Shown in pieces: positions 56,001 through 64,000 of a stretch of DNA of 64,000 nt (position 1 is the first letter of the stretch; the number at the start of each line of letters is the position of its first letter). Both the position numbers and the translations under genes were made by a program. This DNA comes from Candidatus Micrarchaeota archaeon (GTDB lineage Archaea > Micrarchaeota > Micrarchaeia > Micrarchaeales > CABMGC01). The DNA lies in contig JAGWGW010000003.1 in NCBI GenBank assembly GCA_028867135.1, positions 12,553 to 76,552 of the forward strand, in the 5' to 3' direction. A model generated the notes under the pieces. It was given only the letters and a program-made list of their open reading frames with translations, did no database searches and was not told the DNA's origin.

Positions 56001-56834
56001 TCATGAAGATGGCTGGGAGTACCCTGCCTGCCAGCTCGCGCTCCATACTATGGGCCCTGTAATGGTACCTTGGTTGTTGCTTCCTGAGTAGTCGTTTGCG
56101 TTTCCGTTCAAAGGCCACCATCCAATCAGGTGCTGAAGGTCTATAGGCGCACCGCCTATCCCCTCTTTGTACAAGGCCTTTACTGTATCTGGTGGAAGAG
56201 ACGTATTGTATACCTGCAGATCGGCTATCGAGCCGTTGAAGGGTATGTAACCTGAGGAGGGGGGAAACTCGCTTATTACAAATGATGAACCGTCAGCGTT
56301 TATGGTGCTTGTGTAGGATTCGGAACCGATTGATATCCCATCCACATATTGTGTATCTGTAGTCCCATTATATGTGCCGGCAACAAAATGCCATGCGCCA
56401 TTATCATTGTAGCTGCACTGCCCGAGGCCCCATTGGGAGTTTATAAAGAGCCTGAGGCATGTTGCGCCATCCTCAAAGCCAAAGCCGAATGGGAGCCTAG
56501 ACCGCACTATCCCGCCGCTGGTGCCTGTTACTTTCTTTACCCAAGCAACCACACTTACCTGCGATGCGACAGAGGGAAGGGGATACTTAAGAGTTATCTC
56601 TGTGTTTTGGCCGTTAAAATATCCTACATATTTTGGGATCAGGTTGTTGCACTGCCCCGCGAGGCTGGTCTGCGCTGCTGTCCTTATCACCTGGCAGGAG
56701 CCTGGGGTTGCAGTGGGCTGTAGGCTTCCGAGGTTGAATATGCCAAGCGAATAGAGCGATACCATCACGATTGCGATCGCGAGAATAGCCCATCCGTACG
56801 TCATCAGGTATTCCATCGCTGACTGGCTTATCAT
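56001..56834 (-). CDS. Surface protein: class III signal peptide plus LamG/ConA-like domain (paralogue 1)
   Basis: Start taken at MISQSAMEYLMTYGWAILAIAIVM, with TATTTATT about 28 nt upstream. C-terminal ...ADLQVYNTSLPPDTVKALYKEG... is typical of a LamG-type domain end. Confidence 0.7.
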   Translation of the reverse strand: MISQSAMEYLMTYGWAILAIAIVMVSLYSLGIFNLGSLQPTATPGSCQVIRTAAQTSLAGQCNNLIPKYVGYFNGQNTEITLKYPLPSVASQVSVVAWVKKVTGTSGGIVRSRLPFGFGFEDGATCLRLFINSQWGLGQCSYNDNGAWHFVAGTYNGTTDTQYVDGISIGSESYTSTINADGSSFVISEFPPSSGYIPFNGSIADLQVYNTSLPPDTVKALYKEGIGGAPIDLQHLIGWWPLNGNANDYSGSNNQGTITGPIVWSASWQAGYSQPSS

Positions 56835-57136
56835 GTTGTAGACTAGGATTTGGAAGGAATAAATAGGCAGTGGTGTGCCGTAGCCTCTCTTCTGTTTTAA
56901 GCGGCATTCGACTAAGCGCCCGTTACGGGCTTGCACGCTCCTTGCATGCGCATCGGCGCGTTTCATCTGCACTGGCGCGCTCGTAGTGTCATCGCTTGTG
57001 CGCCACAGCAGTCTCGTTTCTGTTCCGAATCAGATGTTTCCATCATGCATGCTCTGCGTGGAGAGAGCTTCCTCAGTCATATAGACCGTAAGCCGCACGC
57101 ACACCACTAAGATTAAAATGCTTTCAAGAGGTATAT

Positions 57137-57463
57137 ATGCGTTGTGATTCTGTGATAGAAGCCCTCCTTGCGGCAAGCAGCCTCTCGTCCCTGCTATCGC
57201 TGATACTTGTTGTCATAGCGATAGGCGTGGTGCTATACATAGTCTTCAGGTTCGGCCAGTTCATAGTCAAGATAATAATAGGCATTCTGGTCAACAGCAT
57301 AGTCGGCTTCGTGGTGCTTGTGTTGCTGAACCTCATCTTCAATCTTGGCATACCCTTCTCTACGGGCGTTCTCGTGGCAACAGCGATATTCGGCCTGCCG
57401 GCTGTTGGTACCCTGATAGTGCTCAAGACGATAGGAGGAGTAGCCTTGGCAATGCTTTTGTGA
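57137..57463 (+). CDS. BofA-like small membrane protein
   Basis: ...IIGILVNSIVGFVVLVLLNLIFNLGIPFSTGVLVATAIFGLPAVGTLIVL resembles the pro-sigmaK-processing-inhibitor BofA family pattern. Confidence 0.45.
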   Translation: MRCDSVIEALLAASSLSSLLSLILVVIAIGVVLYIVFRFGQFIVKIIIGILVNSIVGFVVLVLLNLIFNLGIPFSTGVLVATAIFGLPAVGTLIVLKTIGGVALAMLL

Positions 57464-57469
57464 GCAGGC

Positions 57470-58354
57470 TCATGATGTTGGCGCTGCGTATCCTGCCTGC
57501 CAGCTCGCGCTCCAAATGACGTTTGTGGGAGTGCCTTGGTTGTAGTTGCCAGAGTAGTCGTTCGAATTGCCGTTGAGCGGCCACCATCCCACCAAATACT
57601 GCAGCTCTATCGGTGCGCCTCCGATTCCTTCCTTGTAGAGCGTCTTGACATCGCTGGCAGAGAGGGACGTGTTATAAACCTGCGCGTTGGCCACGGATCC
57701 GTTGTATGCGCTGCCTGAGCCCGCGACCATGCCTATGGATGCGCTGCTGATAACAGTATGCAGGGTGTATGATGCACTGCCATAGTTTACCCCGTTGACA
57801 TAAAAGTTCAGTGTTGACCCATCGAAAGTCTCTACTATATTATACCAAACATTTGATGAAAGGGTAGCTGTCGAGGTGCTGCCCGTCGCTTCGCATGGGG
57901 CAAACCCGAATTTCCCTGGCGCTGCGCTGCCGTCCGATAATTGATTGAGTGTCAATGCAAAACACCAGCCATTAGCTCCGTAGCCGAAGATATCGTACCG
58001 CTGCGCTGCGCTGCCTGTTATGCTCGGCTGGTAGACCCAGGCTGATAGGCTCCTTGCAGCATCTCCGGTTGGAAAGTTGTTGTATGGAAAGCTCACTGTG
58101 CCAAGATTATTGGAGTTGAACCTAGCCACGTACTTGGGCACCAGATTATTGCACTGACCTGCAAGCGATGTCTGCGCAGAAGTCTTCAGTACCTGGCATG
58201 AACCAGGTGTTGCGGTCGGCGCCAGATTACTCAGATTGAATATTCCCAATGAATAAAGGGAAACCATCACGATTGCGATCGCAAGTATAGCCCACCCGTA
58301 GGTCATCAGGTATTCCATCGCTGACTGGAGCCTTGCATGCCTGCTGCTTTTCAT
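57470..58354 (-). CDS. Surface protein: class III signal peptide plus LamG/ConA-like domain (paralogue 2)
   Basis: MKSSRHARLQSAMEYLMTYGWAILAIAIVM... and C-terminal ...ANAQVYNTSLSASDVKTLYKEG...WSASWQAGY. Confidence 0.75.
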   Translation of the reverse strand: MKSSRHARLQSAMEYLMTYGWAILAIAIVMVSLYSLGIFNLSNLAPTATPGSCQVLKTSAQTSLAGQCNNLVPKYVARFNSNNLGTVSFPYNNFPTGDAARSLSAWVYQPSITGSAAQRYDIFGYGANGWCFALTLNQLSDGSAAPGKFGFAPCEATGSTSTATLSSNVWYNIVETFDGSTLNFYVNGVNYGSASYTLHTVISSASIGMVAGSGSAYNGSVANAQVYNTSLSASDVKTLYKEGIGGAPIELQYLVGWWPLNGNSNDYSGNYNQGTPTNVIWSASWQAGYAAPTS

Positions 58355-58405
58355 ATCATTCTAAGGAGTATAAGCAACAAAAGCTTAAAGCTTTTCAGAA
58401 AGGGG

Positions 58406-58600
58406 CTACTTCGCCAGTTCGATGTCCTCCTTCCTTACGGTTTCCCTTTTGGCATGTGCAGCAAGGTCCACGGCCTTCTTCGCAAGCGAGTAGGCGAATC
58501 CATTCACTGTATCTGCCAGCTCTGTTGCGGCCGTATCGCTCACCCTCTTCGCACCGGCCTGCTTTAGAACCCTCTTTGCGGTTGACTTTGAGACAGGCAT
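58406..58600 (-). CDS. Archaeal histone (HMf-type histone fold)
   Basis: 64 aa; ...KRVLKQAGAKRVSDTAATELADTV...LAAHAKRETVRKEDIELA matches the archaeal histone pattern. Confidence 0.8.
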   Translation of the reverse strand: MPVSKSTAKRVLKQAGAKRVSDTAATELADTVNGFAYSLAKKAVDLAAHAKRETVRKEDIELAK

Positions 58601-58663
58601 GTTAAAGTATTCGATAAGCGATGCTTAAAATATCTTGCTTTTCGACTCTAATAGTGGCTGTCT

Positions 58664-59155
58664 ATGGAACTCAGGAAGCTTGCAGAGCGCGATTTCGGGC
58701 CTTTTTCTGCCTTCATAAGGTCTGTTTTCAGGGATTCGCCGTACTCGATGTGGTTTTCAGGCGAGCCGGACGCGAAGGAGCTGGAAGAGCTGCTCTCAAA
58801 GAAGCTGCATGAGATTAAGCGCGGCAGGATGATAGACATCGTTGCTGAGGAGAGCGGCAGCATAATAGGGGAATGCGAGATAGCTGCAAAGGGGCAGGGA
58901 ATAGGGCTCGTAGGGATACTCGTCGACAAGAGGCATAGGAGAAAGGGGCTGGGCGGAAGGCTGCTGGAAAGCGGGATTGCGGAATCCAGGAGGCTTGGCC
59001 TTGGCGTGCTGCTGGCAGAGGTGCTCGACTCCAACGCCGATGCGCTAGGATTCTTCCAGAGCAATGGCTTTGCACTCGACAATGACGTTGAAAAGAGCGT
59101 TGAGGTGGGCGGAAGGTCCTACAGATACCTCATATTCAGGAAAAGGCTGAAGTAG
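58664..59155 (+). CDS. GNAT-family N-acetyltransferase
   Basis: VDKRHRRKGLGGRLLESGIAESRRLG (acetyl-CoA-binding Q/RxxGxG/A motif). Confidence 0.75.
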   Translation: MELRKLAERDFGPFSAFIRSVFRDSPYSMWFSGEPDAKELEELLSKKLHEIKRGRMIDIVAEESGSIIGECEIAAKGQGIGLVGILVDKRHRRKGLGGRLLESGIAESRRLGLGVLLAEVLDSNADALGFFQSNGFALDNDVEKSVEVGGRSYRYLIFRKRLK

Positions 59156-59158
59156 CGC

Positions 59159-59830
59159 TCAATTGTTCTGGTTGAATGCTGCGACCAGGCTGCCGTCCGA
59201 CTGCGTAAGTATCGCGTATACCGAGTAGTTGGCCCTCGGAGCGGTATACTGCACCATCCATACGTTCGTATAGTTGTGCATGTTGAAGGTCGTGGAGCTG
59301 TAGTAGTTCGCATGCACCGATACGCTGACGTAGCCGTATTTCTGCACGAATTGCCTTACCTGCGATATGTTGAGCGAATAGGACCTTGCTATCGCGACGG
59401 GATACGACGCTATCAGGTAGCTGCTTCCCGATGTGAAGCCGTATACCGTGCAGCTGTCCGACTGCGCATTGTAGGCTGTGTATATGTTGTCGACCCTCTG
59501 CACGAAGTGGTACTGGGGGTAGTCGAAGGAGTAGACGGCGTATGAGGGGCACGGGCTTGTAGCATTCGTGACAACTGAGGCGATTATATGCCAGCTTCCC
59601 TTAGCAACCGTTGGATCCGAAGGGGTGACGTTGGTTATGTTGATGACAGCCCCTGGATACGTGTTCTGCAGGTCGCTGAGCACGAGCGAAGTAGCCTCGG
59701 TCTTGCTGACAGGCTGCGAGAACGGGTTCTTCAGAAAGAGGAAATATGCCGCAAGAAGGATTGCCAGTATGACTATGGCAGCAATCACCGATTTGCCGAG
59801 TAAATCCATGATAAGGATATGCATAATCAA
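59159..59830 (-). CDS. Secreted or membrane-anchored hypothetical protein
   Basis: N-terminal TM (VIAAIVILAILLAAYFLF) followed by an S/T/Y/N-rich domain. Confidence 0.55.
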   Translation of the reverse strand: MIMHILIMDLLGKSVIAAIVILAILLAAYFLFLKNPFSQPVSKTEATSLVLSDLQNTYPGAVINITNVTPSDPTVAKGSWHIIASVVTNATSPCPSYAVYSFDYPQYHFVQRVDNIYTAYNAQSDSCTVYGFTSGSSYLIASYPVAIARSYSLNISQVRQFVQKYGYVSVSVHANYYSSTTFNMHNYTNVWMVQYTAPRANYSVYAILTQSDGSLVAAFNQNN

Positions 59831-59851
59831 GAATAAAAAGGGTTATCCTTC

Positions 59852-61003
59852 TCATTCCTCAACTTTCCTTGCCTTTGCAAGCGAGCTTTCTATGATTCTG
59901 TCAAGCCCTATGTCCAGCTTCAGCCTGTCCATGAGCTGGGCATTCATCCGCGTGGGAGGATTTCTCGCGTTTATCGAGCAGACATCGCTGTACTCCTTTA
60001 TCGATTCCTCATACGTTCCTATCCTTTTCGCTACCGATATTATCTCCTCCTTGTCCATGCCTATGAGCGGCCTCAGCACCGGAATCCTCACGTCCATCTC
60101 TGCGGCGAGAAGGTTGTGTGGAGTCTGCGAAGCGACCTGCCCAAGGCTCTCGCCGGTGTATATCACCTTCGCATCCTCGAGTTCCGCAATCCTTGCGGCA
60201 AGCCCGAGCATGAAGGCCTTAAGCAGTATGAGCTCGTACCTTCCAGTCTTTGCTGCCTTTATCTGGAATAATCCTGCAGGCACGAAGTACGCCTTGTAGT
60301 GCGGATGGTATTCCGAAAGTATACTGATTATCCTCGGTATCTTTGAAGCAAGGGCCTCGCTGTTCTTAGCGAACGGGTGCACGTGGACGTATACCGGAAC
60401 TATACCACGTTTCATGGCGTACCATGCGGCCACAGGCGAGTCTATGCCTCCCGAGAGCAACACGACCCCTTTTCCCGATGTGCCTACAGGAAGACCTTTC
60501 AACGCTTTGGTCCTCTCCATCGATATGAATGCGTAGTCCTTCGTGACGCTGATGCTCATCTCGGTGTCATAGTCCCTGGGGTTTGTCTTCATCCCAAGCT
60601 TCTCTGCCTTCTTGAGAAGAGCCTTGACCACGTCAACTGACTTGAATTTGTGCTCCTTGTAGGACCTGTGCGCCTCTATTCTCAATGAGCTTATCTCCTT
60701 GCTGTTCTCCTTCATCAGCTTTTCCGATAGCGAAGATATCGATGCGATCGTTGCTTTTGTCTTGTACGATACCTTGTAGTTGCTTATCCCGAAGATTTTG
60801 GACAGCTGTTGCTTTATCTTGGGTATATCGCTCTCCTTTCTGGGGGTTATGGATATCCTGTCGTAGTTGCGCTCTATCATGGGGGACAGGGAAGACAGCT
60901 CCTCCCTTATGTTCCTGAGCAGCGTCTTTACGTATTCGTTCCTGTTCTTTCCGCGGAGCCAGAGCTCGCCGAAATGGACAACTATGAGCCTGTCATGTTT
61001 CAT
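59852..61003 (-). CDS. thiI: tRNA 4-thiouridine sulfurtransferase ThiI (THUMP + PP-loop)
   Basis: GELWLRGKNR (N-terminal), VVLLSGGIDSPVAAWYAMKRG (PP-loop). Confidence 0.85.
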   Translation of the reverse strand: MKHDRLIVVHFGELWLRGKNRNEYVKTLLRNIREELSSLSPMIERNYDRISITPRKESDIPKIKQQLSKIFGISNYKVSYKTKATIASISSLSEKLMKENSKEISSLRIEAHRSYKEHKFKSVDVVKALLKKAEKLGMKTNPRDYDTEMSISVTKDYAFISMERTKALKGLPVGTSGKGVVLLSGGIDSPVAAWYAMKRGIVPVYVHVHPFAKNSEALASKIPRIISILSEYHPHYKAYFVPAGLFQIKAAKTGRYELILLKAFMLGLAARIAELEDAKVIYTGESLGQVASQTPHNLLAAEMDVRIPVLRPLIGMDKEEIISVAKRIGTYEESIKEYSDVCSINARNPPTRMNAQLMDRLKLDIGLDRIIESSLAKARKVEE

Positions 61004-61033
61004 GGATATGTACCAGATATTCTTTAATGTAAA

Positions 61034-61453
61034 CTATATCTTCAAAGTATTGATGCCTATCTTTTCAGATTTTTCCAATATCGCACTGTCGCATGAGAGA
61101 ATAGGCGCGTTATTTAGAAGGCTCAGCGACACATACAAGGAATCATATATTGTAAGCATGTGCCGTTTGGCGATTTGCCTAGCCTTGTCGATCAATATCT
61201 CAGTAGGTATAATTTCAGTGGAATTCCATAAGGCCAATAGGTTCTTGTATGCGGTTTCAAACTGGTTTTCATCTATGTCCTTCAGCACCATGAGGTGCTT
61301 CCATAAGCCATTCACCGACTCTGCAAGCATTATGTCCACTGTAAGTATGGGTTCTCCTCTTGAAGTTACAGAATCGAATGCATTTGATATCTTATCCGAA
61401 TTCTCTTCGGTGATAACCAGTTTTATTGCCGCACTCGCGTCTAAGGTTATCAT
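61034..61453 (-). CDS. vapC: PIN-domain toxin VapC
   Basis: MITLDASAAIKL... (first acidic residue), ...DSLYVSL... 4-nt overlap with the upstream antitoxin gene. Confidence 0.7.
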   Translation of the reverse strand: MITLDASAAIKLVITEENSDKISNAFDSVTSRGEPILTVDIMLAESVNGLWKHLMVLKDIDENQFETAYKNLLALWNSTEIIPTEILIDKARQIAKRHMLTIYDSLYVSLSLLNNAPILSCDSAILEKSEKIGINTLKI

Positions 61454-61668
61454 CTGCTATCACGGTCTTCCCTGATTAACTTGGTGCTGTCTCCTTTTAC
61501 CTTTATTTTCTGAGCATCTTTTACTATACCCTTAAGAAGGCCATGCAACCTAAACGATTTCATTTTAGCTTCTATGTACTCCCTTAGCTCTTCGCTCCAG
61601 TTTATATCGTACTTGTTCATGAGTTCCTTGAGTTCTTTGGAAACCCTTATTGTAACAATTTCAGACAT
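61450..61668 (-). CDS. vapB: VapB-type antitoxin
   Basis: IRVSKELKELMNKYDINWSEELREYIE resembles small archaeal VapB antitoxins. Directly upstream of the PIN gene. Confidence 0.65.
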   Translation of the reverse strand: MSEIVTIRVSKELKELMNKYDINWSEELREYIEAKMKSFRLHGLLKGIVKDAQKIKVKGDSTKLIREDRDSR

Positions 61669-61790
61669 ACTACTACCAATTACATATTTGACGGTTTGGT
61701 ATATAAATATTACGTCCTGAATACACCTGTAATACAGAATAGTCCAGATAGCTTTAAATATGAGGATATAAGAGTTTCCTTTAGCCTGAT

Positions 61791-62147
61791 TTGCCGAGGA
61801 TTATTAGAATGATGAGACACCACCAAGGGAGCGCAAGGCTCCTTGTAAGCGATGCGATCGAAGCGATACGCGACGGAGACCTTGGGAAGGCGGCGCTCTA
61901 CATGGGGGACGCAGGCAAGGAGTACAAGACCGCTGCAAGCCTTGACAGCGTTCACGGAGTAAAGGAGAAGGGATACAGGCTACTGCTCAAGTCCGGAAGA
62001 GCGGAAAGCCTCTCGATAGGCCTCAAGCTTGTCAACGACGAAAGGCGCGGCAGGCGGGACATGCTCATCGAAGGAAGGGGAGCAAGGGAGATGTTCGCGG
62101 AGGAGATGAAGCTTGCCAAGGCGCTCATTGAAAGGATAAGGAAATGA
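61791..62147 (+). CDS. Small helical hypothetical protein, tandem family member 1
   Basis: DAIEAIRDGDLGKAALYMGDAGKEY and the C-terminal KLAKALIERIRK parallel member 3. TTG start (alternative ATG about 18 nt downstream). Confidence 0.5.
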   Translation: MPRIIRMMRHHQGSARLLVSDAIEAIRDGDLGKAALYMGDAGKEYKTAASLDSVHGVKEKGYRLLLKSGRAESLSIGLKLVNDERRGRRDMLIEGRGAREMFAEEMKLAKALIERIRK

Positions 62148-62150
62148 TAT

Positions 62151-62660
62151 TTGGATGGTATGATGTTGTTGGAAAGGGAGTGCCAGCCCGCAAGCTCTAT
62201 TCTTTTGAGAAACGTGTTTGTAGAGGCGAGCAGGCACGTCGCTGAAAGGCCTGGCCTGGCAGCAAGGATTTACGAAAGGGGCGCAAGGGCTGCGATAGCG
62301 GAGTCGCAGGACTATAAGCTTGGGCATTCGATGCTCAGGACTGCAAGCGCCCTGTACAGGGTTGGGGAGGAGAGGTCAGGGGAAAAGGTATCGAAGAACA
62401 GCAGCGGCCTTGAATGCTACACAGGAATAGGGGTCAACGAGACGACAAGCGCAAGATTCATGGAGTTCAGGAAGGATATGGCAAAGGAGACAACCTATAG
62501 GAGAAAGGCAGAGTCTACATCAAGACTCGCTGACGGCCTGTACATGATGTCGAACGGGGGCACGAGAAAGGCCCTTCCCTACGAGGACCTGCTAAAAGTG
62601 CGCGATACGATCAATTTCATTGAAAGGTCAAGGGAGCTTGCGGCGATAGCGCGAAGATGA
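62151..62660 (+). CDS. Small hypothetical protein, tandem family member 2 (divergent)
   Basis: Lies 3 nt after member 1. The C-terminal ...LLKVRDTINFIERSRELAAIARR echoes the family ending. Confidence 0.45.
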   Translation: MDGMMLLERECQPASSILLRNVFVEASRHVAERPGLAARIYERGARAAIAESQDYKLGHSMLRTASALYRVGEERSGEKVSKNSSGLECYTGIGVNETTSARFMEFRKDMAKETTYRRKAESTSRLADGLYMMSNGGTRKALPYEDLLKVRDTINFIERSRELAAIARR

Positions 62661-62672
62661 CAGGACTGAGGG

Positions 62673-63098
62673 ATGGAAAATATGGCGCAATTCGACATAT
62701 CCGGAGCTGGAAGGGGCAAGGTTTATGTAAGCCTTGCAATGAGAGCGCTGAGAAGGAACGATGTCGGGGAGGCGATCAGGCTGCTCAAGGATGCGGACAG
62801 GGAATACCAGCGCTTTGCCGAGAGGCTTAAGACGGAAGCCAGGGAAACGCTCAGGGGAAGGATGCCGGACATCTTCAACATGAGGAAGAGGGCTTCAGGA
62901 AAACTGGATAAAAAGGCCGGCATCTACGATGAGAAAGCGTGGAACGTGGCGCAGCTTGCCTACGGCCTGGAGATTGTGCACAAAGGCGAGAAAGCGGTGA
63001 GCGTGCTTGATAAGGAACATTTCGAGGCCTTCCGCGGCGACGCGGAACGCGCCAAGAGGATAATTGAGAGGCTTAGGGCGCCGGATGACGGTCAATGA
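62673..63098 (+). CDS. Small helical hypothetical protein, tandem family member 3
   Basis: AMRALRRNDVGEAIRLLKDADREY and the C-terminal AERAKRIIERLR. Confidence 0.5.
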   Translation: MENMAQFDISGAGRGKVYVSLAMRALRRNDVGEAIRLLKDADREYQRFAERLKTEARETLRGRMPDIFNMRKRASGKLDKKAGIYDEKAWNVAQLAYGLEIVHKGEKAVSVLDKEHFEAFRGDAERAKRIIERLRAPDDGQ

Positions 63099-63102
63099 TT
63101 CC

Positions 63103-63273
63103 TTATCTGTGCGAGGACCTTTCCTCTATCTCCTTCCTGTTTGGCTTCCTGTCCATCACGATGTTGAACTTGTAGCAGCGCTGCGAGCAGTAGTACCTGA
63201 CTGCGCCGTTCTTCCTGACGAACATCATCCCTGTCCCTTTCTCTATCTCGGAATTGCAGTATGAGCACTTCAT
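63103..63273 (-). CDS. rpl24e: 50S ribosomal protein L24e (eL24)
   Basis: 56 aa, not in the ORF track. MKCSYCNSEIEKGTGMMFVRKNGAVRYYCSQRCYKF. Confidence 0.85.
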   Translation of the reverse strand: MKCSYCNSEIEKGTGMMFVRKNGAVRYYCSQRCYKFNIVMDRKPNRKEIEERSSHR

Positions 63274-63277
63274 TGAC

Positions 63278-63592
63278 TTACCTTGCCCTTATCGGCTTGT
63301 CCTCCCTTGTTGTGTCAGGCAGCCTGATTATGTCGCCTACGTATATCCTTCCTGCGACGTTCCTCCTTATGACCCTTCCCTTGTCCTTGCCCTCAAGGAC
63401 CTTGCACATCGCCTGCTTTATCTCGCCGTATATGCCTGTCCTGTTCTGGTTTACCTCGACCACCTCTGCAAGATAGCCCTCGTACCTCTTTTCCTGAGGC
63501 TGCTGCTGTTGCTGCGGAGGCTTCTGCTGCACTGGCTGCGCTGGCGCCTGTTGTTCTGCCTTGACTTCTTGCTTCTTCTCTTCTTCGGCCAT
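63278..63592 (-). CDS. rps28e: 30S ribosomal protein S28e (eS28) with Q/P-rich N-terminal extension
   Basis: Core ...LAEVVEVNQNRTGIYGEIKQAMCKVLEGKDKGRVIRRNVAGRIYVGDIIRLPDTTREDKPI, preceded by about 36 aa of EEKKQEVKAEQQAPAQPVQQKPPQQQQQPQ. Confidence 0.85.
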   Translation of the reverse strand: MAEEEKKQEVKAEQQAPAQPVQQKPPQQQQQPQEKRYEGYLAEVVEVNQNRTGIYGEIKQAMCKVLEGKDKGRVIRRNVAGRIYVGDIIRLPDTTREDKPIRAR

Positions 63593-63618
63593 TCCTGATC
63601 ACAGAATGAATAGCATGC

Positions 63619-64000
63619 TTATTGCTGAGCCGGAGCCTGCGCAGGCTGCTCCTTCTTCTCCTGCTTGGGCTTCTTCTCCCTGGGCGCCTTTGGCGCCTCC
63701 TTCTTCTGCTCTGCAGGAGCCTTTTGCTGCGACGCCGGGGCCTGGGCGGACGATGCCGATTTCCCTGTTATCTTCGATATCACATCCTTCACGGCTGCCT
63801 CCCCTGCGCCGGCCTTCTCTATCGCGACTGATGCGCACGGGACGTTTATGCCCACTGCGTTGCCGACGTCCTGCTTCGTGGGCGCGTAAACGTAAGGTAT
63901 CCTCTTCTGCTCGCACAGCGTGGGCAGGTGCATCACAACCTCTTCGGGCTCGACGTCCTCGGCTATGACCACAAGCATGGCCATGTTCCTCTCGATGCTC
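63619..64000 (-). CDS. rpl7ae: 50S ribosomal protein L7Ae (partial; N-terminus beyond the window) with low-complexity C-terminal tail
   Basis: ...LVVIAEDVEPEEVVMHLPTLCEQKRIPYVYAPTKQDVGNAVG..., followed by an A/K/Q/P-rich tail of about 45 aa. The frame stays open to position 64000. Confidence 0.85.
   Translation of the reverse strand, partial: SIERNMAMLVVIAEDVEPEEVVMHLPTLCEQKRIPYVYAPTKQDVGNAVGINVPCASVAIEKAGAGEAAVKDVISKITGKSASSAQAPASQQKAPAEQKKEAPKAPREKKPKQEKKEQPAQAPAQQ

Noticed and set aside
1-64000. CRISPR arrays, rRNA genes, transposase/IS elements
   Set aside because: No regularly spaced direct repeats, no rRNA-like conserved stretches and no transposase-like ORFs were seen on reading either strand. 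The only mobile features supported are the tRNA-Val island and the two inteins.

Overview
Archaeal chromosomal window. Evidence: TFB, EF-1alpha, a complete A-type ATPase operon atpHIKECFABD, an archaeal histone, the L7Ae/S28e/L24e cluster, class III (pilin-type) signal peptides, and TATA boxes about 25-35 nt upstream of starts. G+C is roughly one half by eye. I cannot place the lineage more precisely without a database search. About 75 genes are supported. Housekeeping content: tfb; a classical mevalonate trio (MVK/PMK/MVD); deoxyhypusine synthase; archaeal SAM synthetase; S10 and EF-1alpha; nagB; leuS; secF and secD; an NMD3-like protein; a presenilin-type and an M50 intramembrane protease; a UbiB/ABC1 kinase; an aminotransferase; a Dph6-like protein; thiI; and two tRNAs (Gln-CUG, Val-GAC). 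Accessory or unusual content: (1) A roughly 4-kb AT-rich composite island sits at the 3' end of tRNA-Val and is marked by three copies of a 13-bp direct repeat. It carries a tyrosine integrase, a solo Doc/Fic toxin and a three-gene cassette of unknown function. The last gene of that cassette has an RNxxxH (HEPN-type) motif, and this cassette is my best candidate for an undescribed defence or toxin system. (2) There are two LAGLIDADG-containing inteins. One splits the CxxxCxxC Fe-S motif of a radical SAM enzyme in a glycosyltransferase/carbamoyltransferase operon. The other sits in the P-loop of AtpA. (3) A JAB/MPN metalloprotease with orphan small genes lies next to tRNA-Gln. (4) Two paralogous class-III-signal/LamG surface proteins flank a BofA-like gene. 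(5) Further items: a tandem trio of small helical proteins, a protein with internal repeats, an orphan di-haem cytochrome b fusion, a decayed gene, and low-complexity tails on several core proteins. No CRISPR array and no rRNA gene were seen. All family assignments come from motif recognition by eye, and no searches were run.
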